Both the position numbers and the translations under genes were made by a program. From a bacterium (GTDB lineage Bacteria > Patescibacteriota > CPR2 > UBA1875 > JAJYID01): 64,000 nt of DNA. The stretch lies in NCBI GenBank assembly GCA_030647205.1, contig JAUSJO010000005.1, positions 138,523 through 202,522 of the forward strand. The letters run 5' to 3'. Positions 38,925 to 47,591 of this stretch are shown in pieces (position 1 is the first letter of the stretch; each line of letters opens with the position of its first letter). The notes beneath the pieces are model-generated. The model saw nothing but the letters and a program-made list of their open reading frames with translations, searched no databases and was not told the DNA's origin.

Positions 38925-40289
38925 ATGAAAAGAAATCGCTATTTTCTCTTTATTACACTGTTCTTCTTACCATCCGTGTCATTTGCAGGGGAGGGAAACA
39001 TAGTTATTCTTGGACTTTTTAGCTTAATTTATTTTTTTGGCTCATTTTTGGCTCTTGTCGCTCTTTTTGCGGCAGCTATATTTTGGCATGTAAAAAATAA
39101 AGACAAACTAAGGTTTTCTTCCTTTTTCAAGTCGAGGATGTTTCTGATTCTTAGCGGTCTTTTTGTTGGCGGCATATTTCTGGAATTTGTAGGGCTTGGT
39201 ATTTTGTATAAAATACTAGTCTCCATTTATGGGAAGGACGAGCCAAGTATGTTGGTGATTCTGGGTATTTGGGCAGTTATGAATCTGTTAGTCTATGGGA
39301 TTTTAATTGTTCCGACTTTATATTTCAAAAGAAAAGAACCGGGTACCAAGGGAGCGGTGATGAAGGTTATAGCTATACCTTTTGTTATTATTGCAGCCTG
39401 GATTTTGCTGGTTAGTGCATTTAACTTATATTATCTTTTCCTAGGTAAAGCGGTTAAAGAAAAAAATGTTACAGAGTCATGTGAAAATTTGCTAGCAGAC
39501 GCTCAAGAAAAAATTTCCGGGATGATGAGTGATAATTTGGACTCGCCACAGAGAGTTGTGATCTACGGAGACTCAAGAACTGGGATAGATACTCATAAGA
39601 AAATTATTTCTTTGATCATGAAAGCCCGTCCGGAAGCTGTCTTTAATGTTGGCGATATCGTCGAGGACGGAAGAAAGCCGGAGGAGTGGCCCGTTTTCAA
39701 TGAAATCACCAAAGATTTACGGGCAAATACAAACTTCTACCCGGTTTTGGGCAATCATGAGGAAGATTCACCTCTTTTCTATAATAACTTCGAGTTACCC
39801 GGAAATGAGCAGTGGTACTCGATCAACTTTAACAAAATACATTTTACCGTATTAAACAGCAACAAGGATCTAAGCGTGGGATCCGAGCAGTATAAGTGGC
39901 TGGAAAATGATCTTGCAAATGTCGGGAAAGATATAAGGTTCAAAGTTGTGACCTTTCATCACCCGCCGTTTTCATCAGGAAAACATGGCGGGGATGAGAT
40001 TAGCTCGGATCTACAGAAGAGTGTAGTTCCGCTTTTCGAAAAATATAAGGTGAGCGCAGTTTTTAACGGACATGACCATGACTATGAAAGATCCGAAGTG
40101 AACGGAATTTCTTATTTTGTTACTGGTGGCGGTGGCGCACCCCTATATCCGCCGGTCAGGAAAAATGAGGTTAGTAAGAAATTTGAAATGGCTTATCATT
40201 ATAGCGTTCTTGAGCGGACAAAAAATGCGCTTAAGGTCAGCGTATATGATGTTGATGATAAGCTGATAGACGAAGCCTCTATTAAGTAG
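38925..40289 (+). CDS. Membrane-anchored calcineurin-like metallophosphoesterase (purple acid phosphatase-like)
   Basis: GD, GDIV, GNHE, HHP and GHDHDYER motifs after ~5 TM segments. Confidence 0.88.
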   Translation: MKRNRYFLFITLFFLPSVSFAGEGNIVILGLFSLIYFFGSFLALVALFAAAIFWHVKNKDKLRFSSFFKSRMFLILSGLFVGGIFLEFVGLGILYKILVSIYGKDEPSMLVILGIWAVMNLLVYGILIVPTLYFKRKEPGTKGAVMKVIAIPFVIIAAWILLVSAFNLYYLFLGKAVKEKNVTESCENLLADAQEKISGMMSDNLDSPQRVVIYGDSRTGIDTHKKIISLIMKARPEAVFNVGDIVEDGRKPEEWPVFNEITKDLRANTNFYPVLGNHEEDSPLFYNNFELPGNEQWYSINFNKIHFTVLNSNKDLSVGSEQYKWLENDLANVGKDIRFKVVTFHHPPFSSGKHGGDEISSDLQKSVVPLFEKYKVSAVFNGHDHDYERSEVNGISYFVTGGGGAPLYPPVRKNEVSKKFEMAYHYSVLERTKNALKVSVYDVDDKLIDEASIK

Positions 40290-40355
40290 AAGGAAACCGT
40301 TTATTGTTGAAAGACGGACCAAAAAATGATATAGTTTCCTGGTATTTGGTGGTGC

Positions 40356-40442
40356 GCCGCGGTGGCTGAATTGGTATACGCGCGAGTCTTATTAACTAGT
40401 TCCCTAACAGGATGTGGAGTTCGACTATCCCCCGCGGCCCCA
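40356..40442 (+). pseudogene. Degenerate tRNA: type II tRNA-Leu-like body, anticodon UAU
   Basis: Acceptor GCCGCGG/CCGCGGC with CCA, Leu-type D loop, variable arm TCC/GGA and TTCGA; mismatches in anticodon and T stems. Confidence 0.7.
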
Positions 40443-40482
40443 GATATAATTAAAAACTCGAATTAGTGTAAGAGGGTATAAT

Positions 40483-40971
40483 ATGAAAATTTTAGAAGGG
40501 AACGAGCTAAAAGAAGCGGCAAAGTATGTAAAGAAGGCTGCTGATGCTTCGAAGAAATCAATTTGTTCGGTTTCAAAAGTCGGAGTTGTTCTGGTCAAGG
40601 ACGGCAAGGTTATAGGAGAGGCAAATAATGGTCCTTCCAGGAAAGCATGCAACCCATGTCTCATGGAGCTACTTGACCGAGGAGTGAAAACGGAACTTTG
40701 CTTCGCTATGCATGCTGAAGAAAGAGCGGTTCTGGATGCTTTGGAAAAAGGCAATGATATAGAAGGTGCGACAATTTATTCTGCGAAGGTAGTTGGCGGG
40801 GAAATGATACCGTATAAAAATGGTTTTTGCGCCGCTTGCGCCAGAGTTTTCTTGGAGGCCGGACTAGACAAGGTAGTTATTCCAAAAGAAGATGGACTTA
40901 CGCAGTACGATCCGGAAGAATACTATGACGTAAGCTTTGACAGATTTGTACAAAAAAAGTTCATAATGTAG
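40483..40971 (+). CDS. Cytidine/dCMP deaminase family protein
   Basis: HAE and FCAAC zinc motifs. Confidence 0.85.
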   Translation: MKILEGNELKEAAKYVKKAADASKKSICSVSKVGVVLVKDGKVIGEANNGPSRKACNPCLMELLDRGVKTELCFAMHAEERAVLDALEKGNDIEGATIYSAKVVGGEMIPYKNGFCAACARVFLEAGLDKVVIPKEDGLTQYDPEEYYDVSFDRFVQKKFIM

Positions 40972-41090
40972 GTATTCAAATTTTGATTGCTTGATGTTTC
41001 GTTTTGATATAAAATCGTGACTAGTAAGATAAAGGCCAACTGGAGAGGGTTGGTCTTTACTTTTGCACTTAAAATTCAACTGAAGAGAGG

Positions 41091-41840
41091 ATGGGTGAGG
41101 TGATGCAGATTTATCCGGGTGATCCGCTCAAAACGCTAGCATCAGTGAATGGGTATTATGAATGTCCGAAGGATGAGAGCGGGAGGCGTCTCGGTCCGCT
41201 TGTCGGATACGCAGGCACTTATAAGGATGAAAGTGGCATAAAGAGGCAAAAGGTCGGCGAGATATACTGTAACTTTGCAAAGGCAGATAACTATCCGCGG
41301 ATGCTTGATCAGTTCGCGCGCGACTTGCAACTTAACGGCTATATAGGAGGAACCATCCAAGCGTTTTGCGGTGCTCCCCTTGGCGGCTACTCCTTCTCGA
41401 CTGTTCTCGGGCTTGTTTACGATATTCCCGTGATAAAGGCCGAGAAAAAGGTGGTCGCACTGGCGACCCAAGGGTCTCGCGAGATGACGGATCTGGTTTT
41501 TGCTCGCGATCAAGTGGAGCCGGGAGTCAACTATGCGATCGTCGAGGATGTCTGTAACAACTTCTCTACAGTCGAGAAACTAGTTCCGTTGATATTTGAC
41601 GCGGGTGCATCTGTGAGCCAGATCATCTGTTTGCTTAATCGTTCAGCATTGGTGGATGACTACTACCAGATGAAAAATATGAACTTAAGTATTGCAGTGA
41701 ATAATCTTGTTCGTATAAAGATGCGGGACTTCCGTCAGGACGATCCTTATGTGCGGGAAGACATCGAGGTTGGTAATGTGGTCTGGAAACCGAAGGACGA
41801 TTGGGGCCGCCTCGAGAAAGCTATGGCGGAAGTGGCGTAA
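41091..41840 (+). CDS. Divergent type I phosphoribosyltransferase (orotate PRT-like)
   Basis: GAPLGG and AIVEDVCNNFST (PRPP-loop variant); terminator at 41868-41899. Confidence 0.7.
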   Translation: MGEVMQIYPGDPLKTLASVNGYYECPKDESGRRLGPLVGYAGTYKDESGIKRQKVGEIYCNFAKADNYPRMLDQFARDLQLNGYIGGTIQAFCGAPLGGYSFSTVLGLVYDIPVIKAEKKVVALATQGSREMTDLVFARDQVEPGVNYAIVEDVCNNFSTVEKLVPLIFDAGASVSQIICLLNRSALVDDYYQMKNMNLSIAVNNLVRIKMRDFRQDDPYVREDIEVGNVVWKPKDDWGRLEKAMAEVA

Positions 41841-42010
41841 AACCCTCAAAATGAACAGTTAAAAATCAGGGCTCGGGATCCGAAAGGAACCCGAGCCCTT
41901 AAACATTGAAAGTAGAATTGACAGTAAGAGCGTTTTGAGGTAAAATCCATTCACCGAAAGTTCACTACTGAAAGCTACTCGGAGTACTCTAAGGAGGTGA
42001 AGTCTTTAAA

Positions 42011-42358
42011 ATGTGCGGTGAAACCCAGAAAATCAGTATGCCCGGTGCAGCCAGAAAGGTGACTCTTAGTAACATCAAGGAGTCACAACTTAAGGACCCC
42101 CGTTTTGGGATCTATAAAGTTGAGGCCGGTAGGCACGAAGGTGACTATGTCGTAGCCGACTCTGATGGTAATATGGTCGTCCTGGATCGCAAGAAGTATA
42201 ACAAGGAAAGACCGTTTGCCGTTGTGAAGGAAAACGGGTTCTATGTTCTCGAGGACCAGGAAAGCGGCAAAGTTTGGCTCACTCAAAGCGAGTGGGAGAT
42301 GCTAAACATGACGTCAAGAGGCAGTAAACGCAAGCGGCAGGCAGCCGTGCACAACTAA
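42011..42358 (+). CDS. Hypothetical protein (orphan cassette)
   Basis: TTGACA-17-TAAAAT (41918-41946), SD TAAGGAGGTGA and terminator at 42383-42418. Confidence 0.7.
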   Translation: MCGETQKISMPGAARKVTLSNIKESQLKDPRFGIYKVEAGRHEGDYVVADSDGNMVVLDRKKYNKERPFAVVKENGFYVLEDQESGKVWLTQSEWEMLNMTSRGSKRKRQAAVHN

Positions 42359-42530
42359 AAGTCTCATATTTTCGTTCTTTTGAAGCGCCCCGAGCACTTA
42401 TCTACCGGGGCGCTTTTTCATTGTTTAAGGTATATTTAAGTATAAAGATATTGACAAATGCATCATGATATGGTATTATGTCAGAGTTATTTTTTTGATA
42501 AAATAAAGCAACTTGAGAGGATGATGATTT

Positions 42531-43031
42531 ATGATTATTGCAATTATTTTGGCGGCAGTTGCTCTCTTTGTTATTCCCCAGGTTTTTCGGGAAAAAGAAA
42601 AAGATGATGGACTGAATGTCGCCGCCGGCATTTTTGCTGCCGCTGTGATTGTAGTCATCGGTGCGTTGGTAGGTGACGTGGTTAAAGATCACTTGTCAAG
42701 TGAAGTGGTTGTCAGCGAAATAAACATTGCTTCTGACCCAGGTAACCCAAACAACTTTATTCTCGACAAGTATTATGTTCCGGGCAAGCGCGGTAGTGGT
42801 AGAACTTATTACACATTGCTGACTGCTGAGGGTGATGGCTCCTACAAGCCAACATCTTTTGACTCTTCCCATTTCGCTGTCATTCCGGAAGATAGGCAGG
42901 ACGCAGTACTTCTTGTAAAAACACGGAGTTGTACGGCTGGTCCTTGGGCGAGTTTCATTTCCACCTGTTTCCATGATGAAAAACCAGATTTCGAGTTGCA
43001 TCAGCCAGCCAGTTCTTCAGGAGAGGCATGA
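42531..43031 (+). CDS. Hypothetical membrane protein (2 N-terminal TM segments)
   Basis: TTGACA-17-TATTAT (42451-42479) and terminator at 43060-43087. Confidence 0.7.
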   Translation: MIIAIILAAVALFVIPQVFREKEKDDGLNVAAGIFAAAVIVVIGALVGDVVKDHLSSEVVVSEINIASDPGNPNNFILDKYYVPGKRGSGRTYYTLLTAEGDGSYKPTSFDSSHFAVIPEDRQDAVLLVKTRSCTAGPWASFISTCFHDEKPDFELHQPASSSGEA

Positions 43032-43153
43032 AATAATTCATCTTTTGTTATTGGCACCTAAAAGCCCGGATATACTCCGGGCTTTTTCATTGATAAAAAT
43101 CGAAATTTGCGGTATAGTTTTATGACTGTTTATATATTTAAGAAAGGGAATAA

Positions 43154-44437
43154 ATGCAAGTAAAAAGGGAAGATTTATCTAAGGTAAAAGTAAAACTAAC
43201 TATTGATTTGGCTGAGGCAGAACTAAAACCTCACATCGAGAAAGTCTATAAGGAACTGGCGAAGAATTTAAAGATTGCGGGTTTTCGTCCCGGGAAAGCT
43301 CCTCAGTTCGTTGTGGAAAAAGAAGTCGGTCAGGAAAAGTTCTATGCTGAAGTTCTGGATGCCGTTTTGCCGGACGCATACTATAACGCAATCACCCAAG
43401 AGAAGTTAGTTACTGTTAGCCGACCTGACATAAAAGTTGTAAAATATGCACCGACTGGAGGATTAACTTTCGAAGCGGAAATAGAAATCCTGCCGGAGTT
43501 CACATTGCCTGACTTCAAAAAGATAAAAGTTTCTAAAAAAGAAGCGAAAGTTACAGACAAAGATATCCAGGATGAAATCAAGGGTTTGCAGGAGAGCTAC
43601 GTCGAGTTTAAGCCGGTTGAGAGAAAAGCTAAGAAAGAGGATAGGGTAGAAATAAACTTTGAGGGAACGCGAAAAGGCTTGCCGGTTGAAGGTGCGAAAG
43701 GTGAGAAACACCAGATTGTGATCGGTGGTGGCATGTTTATCCCCGGTTTTGAAGAAAACCTGATCGGCATGAGCAAAGGAGAAGAGAAAACATTTGATGT
43801 TACGTTCCCAAAGGATTATCACGAACAGAGGTTACAAAGCGAGAAAGTGACATTTAAAGTAAATATAATCTCTATTTCTGAAAAAGTTTTGCCCGAGATT
43901 AACGATGAGTTTGCAAAGAAATTTGGGATATTTAAAAATGTCGAGGAACTCAAAAAGGGTGTAGAAAAAAATCTAGGCGAAGTTAAGGAAGCGGAAGAGA
44001 AACGAAGATTGGAAGAAGAGATAATGACAAAAATAGCAGATCATACTAAAGTTGAACTGCCTGAAGCGCTTGTGCATCAGGAAATCCACCGCATGTGGCA
44101 TGACGCTGAGGCAAACCTTGCCCAGTCCGGCGTAACCATGGAAAAATACCTGGAAATGACGAAAAAGACGCGCGAAGAGCTTGAGAAAGAAATGGAACCT
44201 GACGCAGAAAAAAGAGTTAAGTATGGTTTGATCCTGTCAAAAATCGCTGAAACTGAAAAAGTAAAAGCGACAGAAAAAGAGATTGAGACAGAAAAAGCGG
44301 TGATTTTGATACGAGCCGGAGAACATGCCGAGGAAATGAAGAAAAGGCTTAATGATCATGAAGCCTTACACCAGATTGAAAATGGAATTATTTCCAAAAA
44401 GACAATCGAGAAACTTTTCGAATATTGCGTAAAATAA
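43154..44437 (+). CDS. tig: Trigger factor
   Basis: [18 protein letters not shown] and FPKDYH motifs. Confidence 0.96.
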   Translation: MQVKREDLSKVKVKLTIDLAEAELKPHIEKVYKELAKNLKIAGFRPGKAPQFVVEKEVGQEKFYAEVLDAVLPDAYYNAITQEKLVTVSRPDIKVVKYAPTGGLTFEAEIEILPEFTLPDFKKIKVSKKEAKVTDKDIQDEIKGLQESYVEFKPVERKAKKEDRVEINFEGTRKGLPVEGAKGEKHQIVIGGGMFIPGFEENLIGMSKGEEKTFDVTFPKDYHEQRLQSEKVTFKVNIISISEKVLPEINDEFAKKFGIFKNVEELKKGVEKNLGEVKEAEEKRRLEEEIMTKIADHTKVELPEALVHQEIHRMWHDAEANLAQSGVTMEKYLEMTKKTREELEKEMEPDAEKRVKYGLILSKIAETEKVKATEKEIETEKAVILIRAGEHAEEMKKRLNDHEALHQIENGIISKKTIEKLFEYCVK

Positions 44438-44447
44438 AGGAGGCAAT

Positions 44448-45056
44448 ATGAATCCAAAAAACCAAATTTTAATCCCGACGGTTATAGAAAAAACTCACAT
44501 GGGTGAGCGGGCTTATGATATTTACTCAAGGCTTTTAAAAGACAGGATCGTATTCCTGGGAACGGCCATTGATGATACGGTGGCAAACATTATTATTGCT
44601 CAGCTCTTGTTTCTGGAAAGTGAAGATCCAAAAAAAGACATCCATCTCTACATAAACTCACCGGGTGGGTCTGTCTACTCGGGTCTAGCTATTTATGACA
44701 CGATGCAGTATATCAAACCAAATGTTGTTACAACTTGCGTGGGTATAGCGATGAGTATGGGAGCTTTGATCTTGGCAGGAGGCGCGAAAGGCAAAAGACA
44801 CTCCTTACCAAACTCAAGGATTATGATCCATCAGCTTTCAGGCGGATTTCAGGGGCCGGCTGCGGATATCGAAATCCAAGCTAAAGAAGCCCTATCACTC
44901 CGAAGCAGACTGGATGAAATTCTCGCAAAACATACCGGACAAAGCCTAAAAAAAGTATCAGCCGATACGGACCGCGACTACTTTATGACGGCAAAAGAAG
45001 CTAAGGCTTATGGCATAATTGATAAGATAATAGAAGAAAGAAAGCAGGAAAAATGA
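44448..45056 (+). CDS. clpP: ATP-dependent Clp protease proteolytic subunit
   Basis: [26 protein letters not shown] and DRD motifs. Confidence 0.97.
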   Translation: MNPKNQILIPTVIEKTHMGERAYDIYSRLLKDRIVFLGTAIDDTVANIIIAQLLFLESEDPKKDIHLYINSPGGSVYSGLAIYDTMQYIKPNVVTTCVGIAMSMGALILAGGAKGKRHSLPNSRIMIHQLSGGFQGPAADIEIQAKEALSLRSRLDEILAKHTGQSLKKVSADTDRDYFMTAKEAKAYGIIDKIIEERKQEK

Positions 45057-46006
45057 AACTAGGCGAAATATATGATCTTTTTGTAAAGAAGGGGATAGAT
45101 GCTGATCCGCGCGGCAGAAAAGAAATTGAAAAAAATCTAAAGAAAGCAAAAGAAAAGTACGACAAACTGGATAAGAAAAAGAAAGACGAGTTTGATGCAG
45201 AGAAGCTATCAAATCCTTTTGCTGATACCCGGGTTTTGTTTGGCGGCTTAAAGACAGAGGTGAAAACGGTGCTGGTTGGCATCGATATGGAGGTGCCGGA
45301 AATTTTACTTGCGGATAGATTGAATGAAAAAGGGCAGAAAATTGATCTTGTTATAGCGCATCATCCAGAAGGAAAGGCTTTGGCAGGTTTGGGAGGTGTA
45401 ATGAATGTTCAGGCTGATATTTTTTATCATTACGGTGTGCCAATAAATGTTGCCGAAGGGGTTATGGCAGGAAGAATCGGAGAAATCTCAAGAGCAGTAG
45501 CACCGGCAAATCATGATAGGGCTGTTGATGCAGCAAGGATTCTCGACATTCCGTTTATGTGTACTCATACAGTCGCAGATAATCATGTTCATACTTTCGT
45601 TGAAAAATTTTTAGAGAAAAAGAAGCCGGAAACAGTTGGGGATGTTATAGAAGCTCTAAAAGAGATTCCAGAGTACAAAGCCGCGGCGAAGATTGGTGCT
45701 GGTCCTAAAATATTCGCAGGAAGTTCGAGCAAGAGAGCGGGAAGAGTTGCTGTCACGGGTATGACAGGCGGCACGGAGGGTGGCAAAGGGATTTATGCAA
45801 AGATGGCACAGGCCGGTGTCGGAACTATCATCGTTATGCATATATCTGAAGACCATAAAAAAGAGGCAGAGAAGTGTCACGTGAATGTTGTAGTTGCGGG
45901 GCATATGGCCTCTGACTCTTTGGGTATGAATTTGCTTCTTGATGAGATAGAGAAAAAAGGCGTGAAAGTTATCCCGACATCAGGACTTATTCGGGTAAAA
46001 AGGTAA
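45053..46006 (+). CDS. NIF3/NGG1p-interacting factor family protein
   Basis: IAHHPEG, HTVADN and GHMASDS motifs. Confidence 0.88.
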   Translation: MKLGEIYDLFVKKGIDADPRGRKEIEKNLKKAKEKYDKLDKKKKDEFDAEKLSNPFADTRVLFGGLKTEVKTVLVGIDMEVPEILLADRLNEKGQKIDLVIAHHPEGKALAGLGGVMNVQADIFYHYGVPINVAEGVMAGRIGEISRAVAPANHDRAVDAARILDIPFMCTHTVADNHVHTFVEKFLEKKKPETVGDVIEALKEIPEYKAAAKIGAGPKIFAGSSSKRAGRVAVTGMTGGTEGGKGIYAKMAQAGVGTIIVMHISEDHKKEAEKCHVNVVVAGHMASDSLGMNLLLDEIEKKGVKVIPTSGLIRVKR

Positions 46007-46011
46007 TATTT

Positions 46012-46300
46012 CGTCATTCTGGTTTGGTCAGAATCGTATTTGTCATCCTGATGTACGAAGGATCTCATCCTCTCATTCCCACTTTCATCTGTCATTCCCG
46101 CGGAGACGGGAACCCAGTTTTGAATTATTTCCACTTTTTTAGAAAAAGTGGAGCAAAAATCGCGGCTTAGACGGTCTCTCAAAGTATCGTCTGGTTCGCT
46201 CTCTCATCTTTAAAAAAATTAACTCGCTTCTCTCAAACAAAATTCTTTTTAAAGGTTCGTTCACTCCCAGACTTTCTTTTCGAGCCGATAGCCGCAAGAG
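46012..46300 (+). repeat. Composite palindromic element, copy 5
   Basis: GTCAT units at 46012, 46041 and 46090; hairpin at 46130-46152; long hairpin at 46162-46295. Confidence 0.9.
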
Positions 46301-46359
46301 ATGCCCTAGACCCAATGAATATTTGAAATGAGGATTATTAGTTGTATTATTGGTGTAAT

Positions 46360-46662
46360 ATGATTTTAGTTTACATAACAAACCCCACAAAAGAAGAGGC
46401 GAAAAAGATAGCGGAGCATTTAATCGAAAAGAAGCTAATCGCCTGTGCTAATATTTTTCCGATGGAGAGCCTTTGTATGTGGGAAGGCAAACTAGCCGAT
46501 GAAGAAGAATTTGTTCTTTTGGGAAAAACTAAAGAAGAAAATTATAAGAAGATTGCAGATGAGGTAGAAAAGATACACTCTTATGATGTTCCGTGTATTC
46601 TGAAAATCTCAATGGAAGCAAACGGGAAATATCAGAACTGGCTGGAATCCGAGCTGAGTTAG
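46360..46662 (+). CDS. cutA: Divalent-cation tolerance protein CutA
   Basis: LIACANI, WEGK, HSYDVPCI and Y.NWL motifs. Confidence 0.92.
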   Translation: MILVYITNPTKEEAKKIAEHLIEKKLIACANIFPMESLCMWEGKLADEEEFVLLGKTKEENYKKIADEVEKIHSYDVPCILKISMEANGKYQNWLESELS

Positions 46663-46751
46663 CGCCGAGTTCTCAAAAAAGTATTGTCAGAAATAGTCTT
46701 TTGTGATATAGTATTTATCGACATTATTCAATCGACCCATGGGAGGGACAC

Positions 46752-47342
46752 ATGCGTTTTCCGGGTTTTAACCTGTACAAGGAAATGGGTGTCCCACAGG
46801 GGGCATCGAATGATGAGATTAAGAGGACATACAGACAGCTCGTAAAGAAGTACCATCCCGATGTAAACAATACGGTTGACGGCGAGGAACGTTTCAAGAG
46901 GATATCGACTGCCTATGAGATACTTGGCAACTCAGAGAAAAGATCTGCGTATGATTCTTTTTTGATAATGAGTGGGGGAGTTTCTCCAAATTACTCACCG
47001 CGGACAACACAATCACGACCGATGCCATTTAGTTTTAATCTCGAGGAGCTAGAGGAGCTCCTTGAGAAAATGTGTCGTGATAAGTTTGGGGATAACTGGC
47101 GGGAGGAGCTTAAAAAACAAGGAGTAGACCCGGAAGATATACCTCGGGAGCCTCGCACTTCTAGTAGCAGGACATCCACTGATGAACCTACTGCTAACAG
47201 AACTGCTTATCGTAGCGGATTTCCTCGTAGTAAAGCTACCCCCAGCAAGGTCAAGTACTATAGGTATCCGAGGGTTAGTATGCCTCCAGGTTTGTACCTT
47301 ATAGCTGTGGCCCTAATCCTCCTGTACCTCTATCAGTCGTAA
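46752..47342 (+). CDS. J-domain protein with C-terminal membrane anchor
   Basis: KYHPD and F..ISTAYEIL...KR..YD; hydrophobic C-terminus. Confidence 0.85.
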   Translation: MRFPGFNLYKEMGVPQGASNDEIKRTYRQLVKKYHPDVNNTVDGEERFKRISTAYEILGNSEKRSAYDSFLIMSGGVSPNYSPRTTQSRPMPFSFNLEELEELLEKMCRDKFGDNWREELKKQGVDPEDIPREPRTSSSRTSTDEPTANRTAYRSGFPRSKATPSKVKYYRYPRVSMPPGLYLIAVALILLYLYQS

Positions 47343-47350
47343 GACAAAAA

Positions 47351-47420
47351 AGCTGGCTCAAAAAGCCAGCCGGACGAAAGTCCCAGAGCCCCGCTTTAGT
47401 TAAGCGGGGCTTTATTTTTT
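47351..47420 (+). terminator. Three consecutive hairpins ending in a terminator
   Basis: GCTGGCT/AGCCAGC, GGAC-gaaa-GTCC and AGAGCCCCGCTT/AAGCGGGGCTTT plus T run. Confidence 0.7.
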
Positions 47421-47429
47421 AAAAAACTG

Positions 47430-47458
47430 TTGACAGTTTTTGCCAAAAAGAGTATATT
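47430..47458 (+). promoter_or_regulatory. sigma70 promoter of rpoB
   Basis: TTGACA-17-TATATT. Confidence 0.75.
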
Positions 47459-47591
47459 GTTTTTTACAGTCTTTATTTATACGAAAAGGGAATAAATTGA
47501 CCAAGACTAATTCCCAACAATAATGGAAAAAAAGAAAACTCCTACTCGAAGAGAGAAGTTGATTTAATTTATTTAAGGAGCAAGTGTTTTT

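Noticed and set aside
40356-40971. Neighbouring deaminase editing the odd tRNA back to function
   Set aside because: The lesions (G.A, U.C, G.A, U36/U37) cannot be repaired by C-to-U or A-to-I editing
34983-45056. Genetic code 25 (UGA=Gly)
   Set aside because: TGA acts as a stop at coupled ATGA junctions (ASCH/GGCT, clpP/NIF3) and long core genes have no in-frame TGA
45972-45982. TCCCGACATCA in the NIF3 3' end is complementary to the repeat module TGATGTCGGGA
   Set aside because: It is an 11-nt match in ordinary coding sequence (IPTSG) and compatible with chance
276-46300. Repeats as a CRISPR array
   Set aside because: Units are dispersed, heterogeneous and not separated by regular unique spacers; no cas genes are present
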